61,944 nucleotides of DNA, taken from the IMG/VR virus record IMGVR_UViG_3300032268_000572, positions 1 to 61,944 of that record; one strand, 5' to 3'. This document shows, piece by piece, positions 27,987 through 35,731 of the stretch; the stretch's first letter is position 1, and each line of letters starts with the position of its first letter. Under the pieces are notes generated by a model. It was given only the letters and a program-made list of their open reading frames with translations, did not search any database and was not told the DNA's origin. This DNA is from a virus (Duplodnaviria; Caudoviricetes). The position numbers and the translations under genes are program-made.

Positions 27987-28061
27987 TCCGACACGCCGAT
28001 AAAAATACTTGACAAAAAAGTATCAGCGTGATACAATAGATACTAACGAAAGGAAAACAAA

Positions 28062-28283
28062 ATGATAAAAGGATTTCTAAGAGGACTGGTTGGACTGGCT
28101 ACTTTGCCGTTTATTGCTGGTGCTTATGTGTTTCTTTACTTGATTATTGGTTCTTTGACTAATAATTTTTCTAGCACGATTCAAGAAGTTTGCGAGAACG
28201 GGCTTTTGATTGGTGCGGTGTGGGTAGTGTTCCTAGTGTTCTACCCAGTAATCACTAAGCTACTTGATAAGGTGGTTGCGTAA
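28062..28283 (+). CDS. two-TM membrane protein
   Basis: own promoter; hydrophobic helices. Confidence 0.7.
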   Translation: MIKGFLRGLVGLATLPFIAGAYVFLYLIIGSLTNNFSSTIQEVCENGLLIGAVWVVFLVFYPVITKLLDKVVA

Positions 28284-28630
28284 TGGAGTGGGTAGTTCTA
28301 TTCGGCTCTCTATTAGTTGCCGTTGGTTCTATTGTTCTTATCTGGTGTATCAACTACCTTAGAAAACACCACTACACGCCTAAAAGCACGAGGTCTACTT
28401 ACAAGGGTAGAAAAACTAAAAAGGTTGGTAAGCATAGGGGAGTGCCACTAAAAGAGTTCTCTATGTTCCTAGAATCTTTTTCCGTTGGGTTTGCGTTTAT
28501 CGTAGTTATGGGATTTATTGTTGGTTGGAAGCCAGAACTTACTTGGATACCATCTTTGATGATTGGATTTATAGTTGGTTCTTTGATTTGTCTTTACCTA
28601 ATCAAGAGAGAGGCTAGACTTTATGAGTAA
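28283..28630 (+). CDS. membrane protein
   Basis: three hydrophobic segments; TAATG coupling. Confidence 0.65.
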   Translation: MEWVVLFGSLLVAVGSIVLIWCINYLRKHHYTPKSTRSTYKGRKTKKVGKHRGVPLKEFSMFLESFSVGFAFIVVMGFIVGWKPELTWIPSLMIGFIVGSLICLYLIKREARLYE

Positions 28631-28793
28631 AGTATTTATAGCTTGCTACGAGTGCGGTGAGCCGACACTTGTTCCGTCAATGGAAAAGAGCCAGACAAAA
28701 CAGATTTGCCTAAGCTGTAAGGAAGAAAGAGTTCTAGCTTGGGAGAGAAAAATTGAGGACAGAATTGAAGCCTCATATGAAAAGCTTGTCTGA
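28623..28793 (+). CDS. 56-aa Zn-ribbon protein (not in ORF track)
   Basis: CYEC...CLSC. Confidence 0.6.
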   Translation: MSKVFIACYECGEPTLVPSMEKSQTKQICLSCKEERVLAWERKIEDRIEASYEKLV

Positions 28794-28814
28794 ATTCCTT
28801 TCGGCAAGAAGATT

Positions 28815-28843
28815 CCCCCGCCAAGGTGCGGGGGTTTCTTTTT
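28815..28843 (+). terminator. intrinsic terminator
   Basis: cccccgc/gcggggg stem followed by T run. Confidence 0.75.
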
Positions 28844-28968
28844 GCGTGCGGGCAGCACACGGAAAAACCTGAAAAATGTCTGCGGAAGATCGAGGACCCT
28901 GAAGGTTAGGTATTTGCTTTTATCTTAGATGTGTGGTATAATAGATACATACAATGAAAGGAAGCCAG

Positions 28969-29166
28969 ATGTATAGACTCAGGGCAACACTAGGAACTAA
29001 GAAGAAGTGGATACACCTAGTAGCAGAGAACGACAGCCAAGCAGTAGTTGAGGCCGTTGGATACATACTCAGCGAAGCAACTACTAAGGAAGTGTGGGCT
29101 AAAGGAGCTATCACTCTAACTAACCCAAGTGGCGAAGTTATCCAGACAATGGACGCAAAAGTCTAG
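28969..29166 (+). CDS. hypothetical protein
   Basis: own promoter; start at MYRL. Confidence 0.7.
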   Translation: MYRLRATLGTKKKWIHLVAENDSQAVVEAVGYILSEATTKEVWAKGAITLTNPSGEVIQTMDAKV

Positions 29167-29226
29167 GAAAAATCTACATACTAGACTTTTACTTGTTGAT
29201 GTGATAGAATAGGTATTAGGAAAATT

Positions 29227-29364
29227 ATGGAACTTTTATTTTGGATAGCAGTAGCCCTTGCCGTGCTCTCCTTACTCGTCTTTTTTGTATTGATTTCTTT
29301 TGTAGTATTTGTGTTCTCTTTCCTCGGAGGTAGAGAAGGAGAAGAAATAGATTGGAAAAACTGA
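29227..29364 (+). CDS. 45-aa single-TM protein (not in ORF track)
   Basis: own promoter; long hydrophobic run. Confidence 0.55.
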   Translation: MELLFWIAVALAVLSLLVFFVLISFVVFVFSFLGGREGEEIDWKN

Positions 29365-29678
29365 CACCTAAGCAGAGAGATAAGTTGATTAGAGACACCG
29401 CTTTATCTATTATTCAAGAAGAGTCTAAGAAATGGATTGTCAGATTCAAGCTAACAATGTTCGCCTCTGCGGTTCTAGCCTTGGGATTTATAGCATACGG
29501 GTTCTACATTTTGACCGAGATTGCTAGTGGTGGCAACCCTGCGCTTGCTTTTATGGCGCTCGCAATAGCCCTAGGAGTCTTTGGCTCGCTAAAGTGGGGT
29601 AGAAGGGCGCTAACTAACTTACGGAGTTTGTTAGGGGCTTTAGAAACTATAAAGAAAGAAGACTTTTTTGCTAAGTAA
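29352..29678 (+). CDS. two-TM membrane protein
   Basis: hydrophobic helices. Confidence 0.65.
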   Translation: MEKLTPKQRDKLIRDTALSIIQEESKKWIVRFKLTMFASAVLALGFIAYGFYILTEIASGGNPALAFMALAIALGVFGSLKWGRRALTNLRSLLGALETIKKEDFFAK

Positions 29679-29765
29679 ACTAATAAACAAGATTCGTACG
29701 TGGAAGAATAGGAAAAAAGCTCAGCAACCTCTGCTGGGTGTAGTTCTGCCTAAGAAGAAAGATAA

Positions 29766-29942
29766 ATGATGCCTAGTTGGTTTATACAGTTGCGAGATGT
29801 AGTTTGGTCTGCCGTTATTGCGGTCGTCTTGGTAGTTCTAGCTGTGGTTATAGCTTTGTTTACCGCTATCAATTCAGTAGTCCCAATTACATTGGCTCTT
29901 AGTGGAGTGGTTTTTGCTCTGCTAGCTCAGCGTTCCGCTTGA
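29766..29942 (+). CDS. 58-aa two-TM protein (not in ORF track)
   Basis: open frame MMPSWF...QRSA. Confidence 0.6.
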   Translation: MMPSWFIQLRDVVWSAVIAVVLVVLAVVIALFTAINSVVPITLALSGVVFALLAQRSA

Positions 29943-30008
29943 TTTGACAAATTTGTTTTCTTGTGGTAATATAGACTTATAGTATTTTTTGTTTCGGAAG
30001 GAGTTGAA

Positions 30009-30194
30009 ATGATACTAAAAGATGGTGCGGTAGCTTATAAATATGAAGCTAGAGTCCCGGGTCAGACAGAAGTTAGCGTTAGCGGATTTGCCCTCCCAGA
30101 GGACATTGTTGCTATTGCTGACAACTTGACTCAGGAGTTCTACGAGATTGAAGTAGAGCCGTTGGACGAAGTTCCAGAAGATTTGAAGAACTAG
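30009..30194 (+). CDS. hypothetical protein
   Basis: promoter and AAGGAG RBS. Confidence 0.65.
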   Translation: MILKDGAVAYKYEARVPGQTEVSVSGFALPEDIVAIADNLTQEFYEIEVEPLDEVPEDLKN

Positions 30195-30269
30195 TAATTT
30201 AGTTCCGAAAGTGTCTGGGGGAAGCCTCAGACATTTTTATTGAAAGACACAAATGACGAAGGAGAATAT

Positions 30270-30650
30270 ATGTGGATTTTTACTGATACAGGATTTGTAA
30301 GTGCGGTTAGGAAGCCTTGGGCTAAGGACAAGATGACAGTTAGGGCTAGGGACAAGCAGTCTTTGGTTGAGCTATCAGAAGTTAGTGGAGAAGCTATCAC
30401 AACCTCCAAGGACTCAGACTACCCACACCGAGTGGTAGTTGATGACTTAGTATTCAAGTCTTGGTTGCTGGCTACGATAGATGTGATGGACTATGACAAT
30501 TTCAAGAACCGAGTCTACGAAACTAGAGGAAAGAAGTTTGCCTCACTGCTAAGTAAGGTTTGGTCTGTAATGCTTGGTGCGGAAGACCTAGACAGAAAGC
30601 CAGAAGAAGACTGGGAACTTGACTATAACGAGTGGAAAGCTCATCAGTAA
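30270..30650 (+). CDS. hypothetical protein (MWIFT..GFVSAV..VRAR..DYPHR..DYDNFK)
   Basis: AAGGAG RBS before MWIFT. Confidence 0.75.
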   Translation: MWIFTDTGFVSAVRKPWAKDKMTVRARDKQSLVELSEVSGEAITTSKDSDYPHRVVVDDLVFKSWLLATIDVMDYDNFKNRVYETRGKKFASLLSKVWSVMLGAEDLDRKPEEDWELDYNEWKAHQ

Positions 30651-30682
30651 TCAAGCCCCCGTGTAGATTGTAAAATAAGGCT

Positions 30683-31141
30683 ATGGAAAACTATCAAGAT
30701 CCGTCCTCCAACACGGAAAAGTTGGAAGAATCTTCAACTGAGGTCGTCGCTGCGGTAGCTGCTCCAGCACCCAAGATGGAGAAGAAAAAGATTGCTGAGC
30801 CTGTTGCTGTAAACATTGATATCGTTAGGGATTCTTTGCCTAAGCCTGCTGGAGACGCTGTTGTAGGTAATGGAGTAGTTGATACGGTAAAGCTTTCTGC
30901 TATTGTCTACAAGAACCTCTACGCTAAGAAGTCATTGAGTGTTCACCACCTGCAGCGCCGTCTGAACGAACTGAACTACACCGAAGCCTATGAAGATAGA
31001 GATGGTTGGTTTGCTGACAAGACTAAGGCCGCGCTCGCGAGATTCCAAGCAGACAACAAGGTAGGAGCAGATGGTGTTCCTGACTTGAAGACCTTGAACA
31101 AGCTCTTTGCGGGCGACCCAAATGTTGAGATAGCTGAATAG
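30683..31141 (+). CDS. PG-binding domain protein without catalytic domain
   Basis: V..LQRRL..L.Y..DGWF..KT..AL..FQ..DGVP. Confidence 0.7.
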   Translation: MENYQDPSSNTEKLEESSTEVVAAVAAPAPKMEKKKIAEPVAVNIDIVRDSLPKPAGDAVVGNGVVDTVKLSAIVYKNLYAKKSLSVHHLQRRLNELNYTEAYEDRDGWFADKTKAALARFQADNKVGADGVPDLKTLNKLFAGDPNVEIAE

Positions 31142-31152
31142 ATTCACCTTAG

Positions 31153-31181
31153 AAAGCCCTCGCGACACGCGGGGGTTTTTT
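31153..31181 (+). terminator. intrinsic terminator
   Basis: ccctcgcg/cgcggggg stem followed by T6. Confidence 0.75.
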
Positions 31182-31249
31182 ATTTATCTACTTGACAAAT
31201 GTCTTAGGGGCGTGGTATAATAGAAGCACACCAACGAAAGGGAGTCCAA

Positions 31250-31588
31250 ATGACCACCACCACACTAAACCGCACCGAACTTACCGAATACGAAACTGCT
31301 ATTTTACACGAGGTCAAAAAGCACGTTAGGTCGCACTCAATCGCGGTTGGCGCGTTTGTTGTTCGCTACGGTAGCGAGGAAGCTCTTGCCGAGGCGGGCG
31401 AACTATTTCTTGACTTGCTCAAGGCGCTAACCACCGATTCAGATATCCGCGTTGGCGCTCTTGAATACGGTTTGGCTTCTGCTACTTGGGGCGCAAATGA
31501 CCAGAACGCCTCTCAGGCTTACCAGCTACGAAGCGAGTTTCTAAAACTTCTTTACAGCTCGGCAATAGCCGAAAAGGTTGAGGCGTAA
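31250..31588 (+). CDS. hypothetical protein
   Basis: own promoter, RBS and terminator. Confidence 0.75.
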   Translation: MTTTTLNRTELTEYETAILHEVKKHVRSHSIAVGAFVVRYGSEEALAEAGELFLDLLKALTTDSDIRVGALEYGLASATWGANDQNASQAYQLRSEFLKLLYSSAIAEKVEA

Positions 31589-31602
31589 GCCCACCTACCT
31601 AA

Positions 31603-31629
31603 AGACCCGTCCGAGAGGGCGGGTTTTTT
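31603..31629 (+). terminator. intrinsic terminator
   Basis: acccgtcc gaga gggcgggt followed by T run. Confidence 0.8.
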
Positions 31630-31697
31630 ATTTACCTTGACATTACGAGTGGAAAAGTGTTATTCTGGCAACTCACGACTTACGATAGGAAATTACC

Positions 31698-32273
31698 GTG
31701 CTTACTAAGCAAAGACATACGCTACCGAAGAACATATTTGAAGAATTCAGCCGCCTCAGAGGTGGAAAGACTTACACGGAGAAACAGGAAAAATTAGCTC
31801 AGAGGAATAAGCTGATCCATTTACTCAGCGATGCGGGTTGGACTTATTCAAGTATTGGTGAAGCGTCTGGAGTTTCTAGAGAGCGGGTTAGGCAGATACA
31901 GGGATTGACCACTGTGAAGGCGCTCGCGAGAGCCGTAGAGATTCCTAGTCCACCTTTACGGGTGGTTTATGAGCCTAGGGTTCGGGCTATACCTAGTGAT
32001 GAAGACTTACACCGATTGCTAGAGCTACAACCTAAAGCTCAGCTCGTGAGAAGCAGTAGCCCTAAGTTTAGAAAAGAAGCAGAAGAGTATACGGCTCTAA
32101 TCAATAAGGTCAATAAGAAGGACGGGGTTAGCTTGTATCGTCTTGCTGGTTTTCTAGGCATAACCTATGCAGCCTTGTATTCTCGCCTAGTTAGATATGG
32201 CTATAAGCCAGTAGGTAGAGGAAAAAGTAGAGCTTATGGGATTATAAAAACAACTAATCGCTCGTTAGGTTAG
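31698..32273 (+). CDS. double-HTH DNA-binding protein
   Basis: GWTYSSIGEASGVSRERVRQI and GVSLYRLAGFLGITYAALYSRL. Confidence 0.75.
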   Translation: MLTKQRHTLPKNIFEEFSRLRGGKTYTEKQEKLAQRNKLIHLLSDAGWTYSSIGEASGVSRERVRQIQGLTTVKALARAVEIPSPPLRVVYEPRVRAIPSDEDLHRLLELQPKAQLVRSSSPKFRKEAEEYTALINKVNKKDGVSLYRLAGFLGITYAALYSRLVRYGYKPVGRGKSRAYGIIKTTNRSLG

Positions 32274-32302
32274 AATAGAACTCTAGATAGATTTGGAGTG
32301 CT

Positions 32303-33721
32303 ATGCCTAAGAGCTTGGCTCAGGTTGTTGCCGAACTCCCCGATGAAGAGCGCCTAGCTGTTCTTTCGGGTATGAACCCTGACTCACTTATCTGGGACTG
32401 GAGTTTTTGGGGACGCCCAGAGCAGATACCGCCTCCTAATAACTCTTGGAATGTTGGGCTGTTCTTGGCTGGGCGTGGTGCTGGTAAGACTAGGAGTGCA
32501 GCTGAGTGGGTTCGAGAGAAAGCTAAGGACACTACTCAGGGGCGTCTCAGGTTCTTGCTAGTAGCCAGAACTGCAGCCGATGTGCGAGATGTTATCGTCG
32601 AGGGTGATAGTGGCATCTTGGCTGTCTCACCTCCCAGTGAGCGCCCGCTGTATGAGCCTTCTAAGCGCCGTCTAACTTGGCCTAATGGCAACACCGCCGT
32701 TCTTGGAACCGCTGATGAGCCTGACTCTTTGCGAGGTGTTCAGGCTCACTACTCTTGGGCTGATGAGTTAGCTGCTTGGAGGCAGTCGCCAGATGCTGCG
32801 GGTATGACTTCTTGGGATAACTTACGGGTAGCTACTCGTCTTGGCTCTAACCCTCAGATTCTCGCAACTACTACACCTAAGCGTGTGCCGATTCTTTACG
32901 CTCTACTTGATGAAGCTAAGCGTACGGGTAAGGTCTGGGTGTCTAGAGGTTCAACTATGGATAACTCAGGCAACCTGTCAGCTACATACATTGATGCTAT
33001 TACTGGAGTTTATGCTGGCACTAGGTTAGCTCAACAGGAGCTTTACGGTGAGATGCTTGATGATGTTGAAGGTGCGCTATGGACCGAGGAGTTAGTCGAG
33101 TTGAACCGTGAACATTCCTTGCCTCCTAAGGCTCCACTAAGGATTATTGGAGTGGACCCATCAGTAGCTGAAAATCCAAGAGATGAGTGTGGGATTGTTG
33201 TTTGCGCCTCCACAGCTGAGCGTGATTTATACAAGAGGCAGTCTTGGATTTTGGAAGATGCCTCAGTCTTAGGCTCGCCTGATGTTTGGGCTAACAAGGT
33301 TGTAGCTATGGCTCGCAAGTGGGGTTGCCCAGTTGTAGCTGAGGTGAATCAAGGTGGGGCTTTGGTTAGGAATGCTATCAATGCTATTGACCCTAACATC
33401 AAGGTCCTAGAAGTCCACTCTAAGTATGGCAAGGCTTTGCGGGCTGAGCCCATTACGCTTGCCTATGAGCAAGGCAGAGTCCACCACGTGGGATACTTGT
33501 CAGACTTAGAGTCTCAGATGTTTAGCTGGGTGCCTGGCGAAGGCAAGTCTCCAGACAGGGTAGATGCTTTAGTTCACGCTCTTACGGCTTTGCTTATAAA
33601 GCCACCTGCCGGGTTTATTGGTGGCAAGCTCAGTGCTAAGTCCTTTGCGAGTAGGAGACTAGACATAGGTGGCAATAGGACAGGTGGAGCCTCTAGGGGT
33701 GGAAGGTTCAGCATTAGGTAG
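32303..33721 (+). CDS. terL: terminase large subunit
   Basis: AGRGAGKT Walker A, LRG, WADE Walker B, TTTP, QELYGE, GVDP nuclease motif, SPDRVDA. Confidence 0.95.
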   Translation: MPKSLAQVVAELPDEERLAVLSGMNPDSLIWDWSFWGRPEQIPPPNNSWNVGLFLAGRGAGKTRSAAEWVREKAKDTTQGRLRFLLVARTAADVRDVIVEGDSGILAVSPPSERPLYEPSKRRLTWPNGNTAVLGTADEPDSLRGVQAHYSWADELAAWRQSPDAAGMTSWDNLRVATRLGSNPQILATTTPKRVPILYALLDEAKRTGKVWVSRGSTMDNSGNLSATYIDAITGVYAGTRLAQQELYGEMLDDVEGALWTEELVELNREHSLPPKAPLRIIGVDPSVAENPRDECGIVVCASTAERDLYKRQSWILEDASVLGSPDVWANKVVAMARKWGCPVVAEVNQGGALVRNAINAIDPNIKVLEVHSKYGKALRAEPITLAYEQGRVHHVGYLSDLESQMFSWVPGEGKSPDRVDALVHALTALLIKPPAGFIGGKLSAKSFASRRLDIGGNRTGGASRGGRFSIR

Positions 33722-33729
33722 GCGCTCGC

Positions 33730-34500
33730 AAGCTTTAGTTGCTAGTGCTAGATGAACCGATACATTTTCTCTTGGTTGCTTTACGGTGTCATTACTAATC
33801 CATTAGTGAGCATAGGTTCACTGGATAACTATTTTATTACTAACTACATTAGCTAGTTCTTTACTATTGTTTGAGTTCAGACTTGACATTACTAATCAGG
33901 ACTTGTGATGATGGTTGGCTGGCTAGTTGTGATGCTTGTAGATTATTTTTTATCTAACTTAGTCTTGAATTGCTCTAGTAATTCTATAATTAACTTTTAT
34001 TTATGTAGCATCTAGGTGGAGTAGCTCCAGAGTTGTTGATAGCTTATGTTCACTACTTATTAGTTAGTAGAAAATAAATAAATCATAGCAAGGGGGATAG
34101 GACTAAGTAGCTAGATAAAAACTAATTCAACAATTAGATAATGCCTAGTTAAAAACTAAATTTTAGTTGTATTAGTAGAAAATTGATTTTATTCTATAGC
34201 TGAGCTAGTTTCTCACTAGAAAATAAGTAAATATAACTAATTAGCTCCTACTTTTACTAGAAAATAATAGTGCCCTAGATTACCTAGAAAAATAATCACT
34301 AAAAAATAATTATTAGCAGCTCTTTTTTCCTGGAGAAAAAGCTAATTTTATTTTTGCCCTTTGACTGGAGGGGGGGCTGCATTTATGGAAACAATTTCAA
34401 AAACTTCAAAAACAAGTGTCTTCCTTCTCACCGACCAAAAGCAAAATACGTTAATGTACTATCTTTATCTTATCAGTCCGAATCCGCTTCAACTTCTCAC
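33730..34500. other. AT-rich non-coding region (candidate pac site or origin)
   Basis: about 800 bp with no ORF, dense TAG/CTA, TAGAAAAT repeats with 41-bp period, G/C skew flips across it. Confidence 0.5.
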
Positions 34501-34534
34501 TAAGGTTCGTACGTAGCGTGCTATACTGTACATT

Positions 34535-35041
34535 ATGACTTCCCCTAGACGTCCCGCAAGAGATGAATCACTGCCAGCTAATGAAAAGGCAATTCTTCTT
34601 TCACTGACTACTAAAAACGAGCGCAACTGCCGTGCCCGCCAGCTCTTTGAGTCTGGTTGGACGCTTCGTGCTATCGGCGAGGCCTATACCCCGCCAGTTA
34701 GACGTTCCACAGTCAAGTATTGGGTTGAGAACGGTGACTTCAGTTATGCAATCCAACAAAAGCCAGTTCAACCACCAAACGAGTTAGCCCCCTCTGGGTA
34801 TCAGCGTAAGACACCAGTATCTCCTGGCATCTCTTCCGCCGATGAGTCCCGCCTTGCCTACTTAGCTCCCCTTGCCCGCCAATACAGAAGTGGCATGTCG
34901 TCGACGTCCCTACAGTTCCAAGCTAACCAAGAGTTTAACGAGCTAATCCAGCAACTTGACAACGTCGACGTTACTACGGCTGAGATTGCCAGAGCCTCAA
35001 ATGTCACTTTCCGTGCCATAGCCCGACGTTTAGGAAGATAG
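34535..35041 (+). CDS. double-HTH DNA-binding protein, paralog of 31698-32273
   Basis: GWTLRAIGEA and VTTAEIARASNVTFRAIARRL. Confidence 0.75.
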   Translation: MTSPRRPARDESLPANEKAILLSLTTKNERNCRARQLFESGWTLRAIGEAYTPPVRRSTVKYWVENGDFSYAIQQKPVQPPNELAPSGYQRKTPVSPGISSADESRLAYLAPLARQYRSGMSSTSLQFQANQEFNELIQQLDNVDVTTAEIARASNVTFRAIARRLGR

Positions 35042-35045
35042 CTCG

Positions 35046-35423
35046 ATGCAAATAGTTGTGGACGTTTTTCCAGCCCATTTTCAGCTGACCCCTGCGGGCC
35101 ACCTTGAGGACGTCAACGTTCTTAATGCACATCCGCCAACCAAAGATGAAGACATCTACTACTTGGCAACTACAAGGGTTGTTTTGACTGAAGATACTAT
35201 AACAGTTGCTCAAGACTCACCTCAAGGCGCAATGATTGTTTTTCAGGAAAAATACGTAAAAGAAGAGCTTCTAGGGCCAAAAGGCTCCAAAAAAACCTAC
35301 AGATTAACCACGGAGAGCGGAAAGATGCTAGCCTTCCAGAAGGACACTAACTGCGGATGCGGCTCTCGCCTTAGAAGTTGGAATCCTTACAAAACACTTA
35401 CATCACAACGAGGAGTTAAATAA
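35046..35423 (+). CDS. hypothetical protein (CGCGSRLR motif)
   Basis: ORF in operon upstream of portal. Confidence 0.7.
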   Translation: MQIVVDVFPAHFQLTPAGHLEDVNVLNAHPPTKDEDIYYLATTRVVLTEDTITVAQDSPQGAMIVFQEKYVKEELLGPKGSKKTYRLTTESGKMLAFQKDTNCGCGSRLRSWNPYKTLTSQRGVK

Positions 35424-35720
35424 ATGGACATTCTTAATCCAATAGCACTAATTATTCTGGCACTAGCAACGTTTAGAATTTCACGATTGCTTACCGTCGA
35501 CGTTATTTTTGACGACCTACGCAACAAGATTTGGGAAAAACGACCACCGCACACTCACAAAATAGGTTATTTGTTTACCTGTGTTTGGTGCATGAGCATC
35601 TGGGTCGCATCACTTATTACAATCTGCTATACAATAGTTCCTGTAGCAACCACTATTGCCTGTATCCCGTTTGCCTTGTCAGCGGTAGCTGGACTGGTAG
35701 CTAACCGTCTCGACCACTAA
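35424..35720 (+). CDS. DUF1360-like membrane protein
   Basis: LATFRISRLL..D.IF..LR...LFTCVWCMSIW. Confidence 0.8.
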   Translation: MDILNPIALIILALATFRISRLLTVDVIFDDLRNKIWEKRPPHTHKIGYLFTCVWCMSIWVASLITICYTIVPVATTIACIPFALSAVAGLVANRLDH

Positions 35721-35731
35721 GAAAGAGAAAG

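Larger units (their letters stand above)
13941..31666 (+). promoter_or_regulatory. array of about 27 co-oriented SigA-type (early) promoters
   Basis: -35 boxes (TTGACA/TTGACT/TTGATT/TTGCTT and variants) at 13941, 14115, 14786, 15409, 17099, 19039, 19999, 20474, 21216, 21528, 22154, 23012, 23248, 23563, 24134, 25337, 25925, 26298, 26893, 27763, 28009, 28914, 29182, 29944, 31192, 31637, each 17-18 bp from a mostly TGn-extended TAtaaT-type -10; a -10 without -35 at 25654. Confidence 0.9.

Noticed and set aside
23248-28968. Upstream starts given by the ORF track (23248, 25337, 25846, 27777, 28954)
   Set aside because: They begin inside promoters or upstream of the RBS; downstream ATGs with strong RBS were used
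13920-31670. CRISPR array or integron suggested by recurring intergenic repeats
   Set aside because: Repeats are promoter and terminator parts separated by whole genes; no constant repeat-spacer period, cas gene or integrase in the window
32303-33721. Intein or intron in terL
   Set aside because: Length of 472 aa is normal and motifs are contiguous
34445-34462. TTAATGTACTATC resembling the 6.4-6.8 kb repeats
   Set aside because: Single short match in AT-rich DNA; too weak to link the two regions
33730-34500. Stop-codon recoding (TAG) to explain the ORF-free region
   Set aside because: TAA stops are also frequent there, and TAG terminates normal genes such as terL and the ART gene
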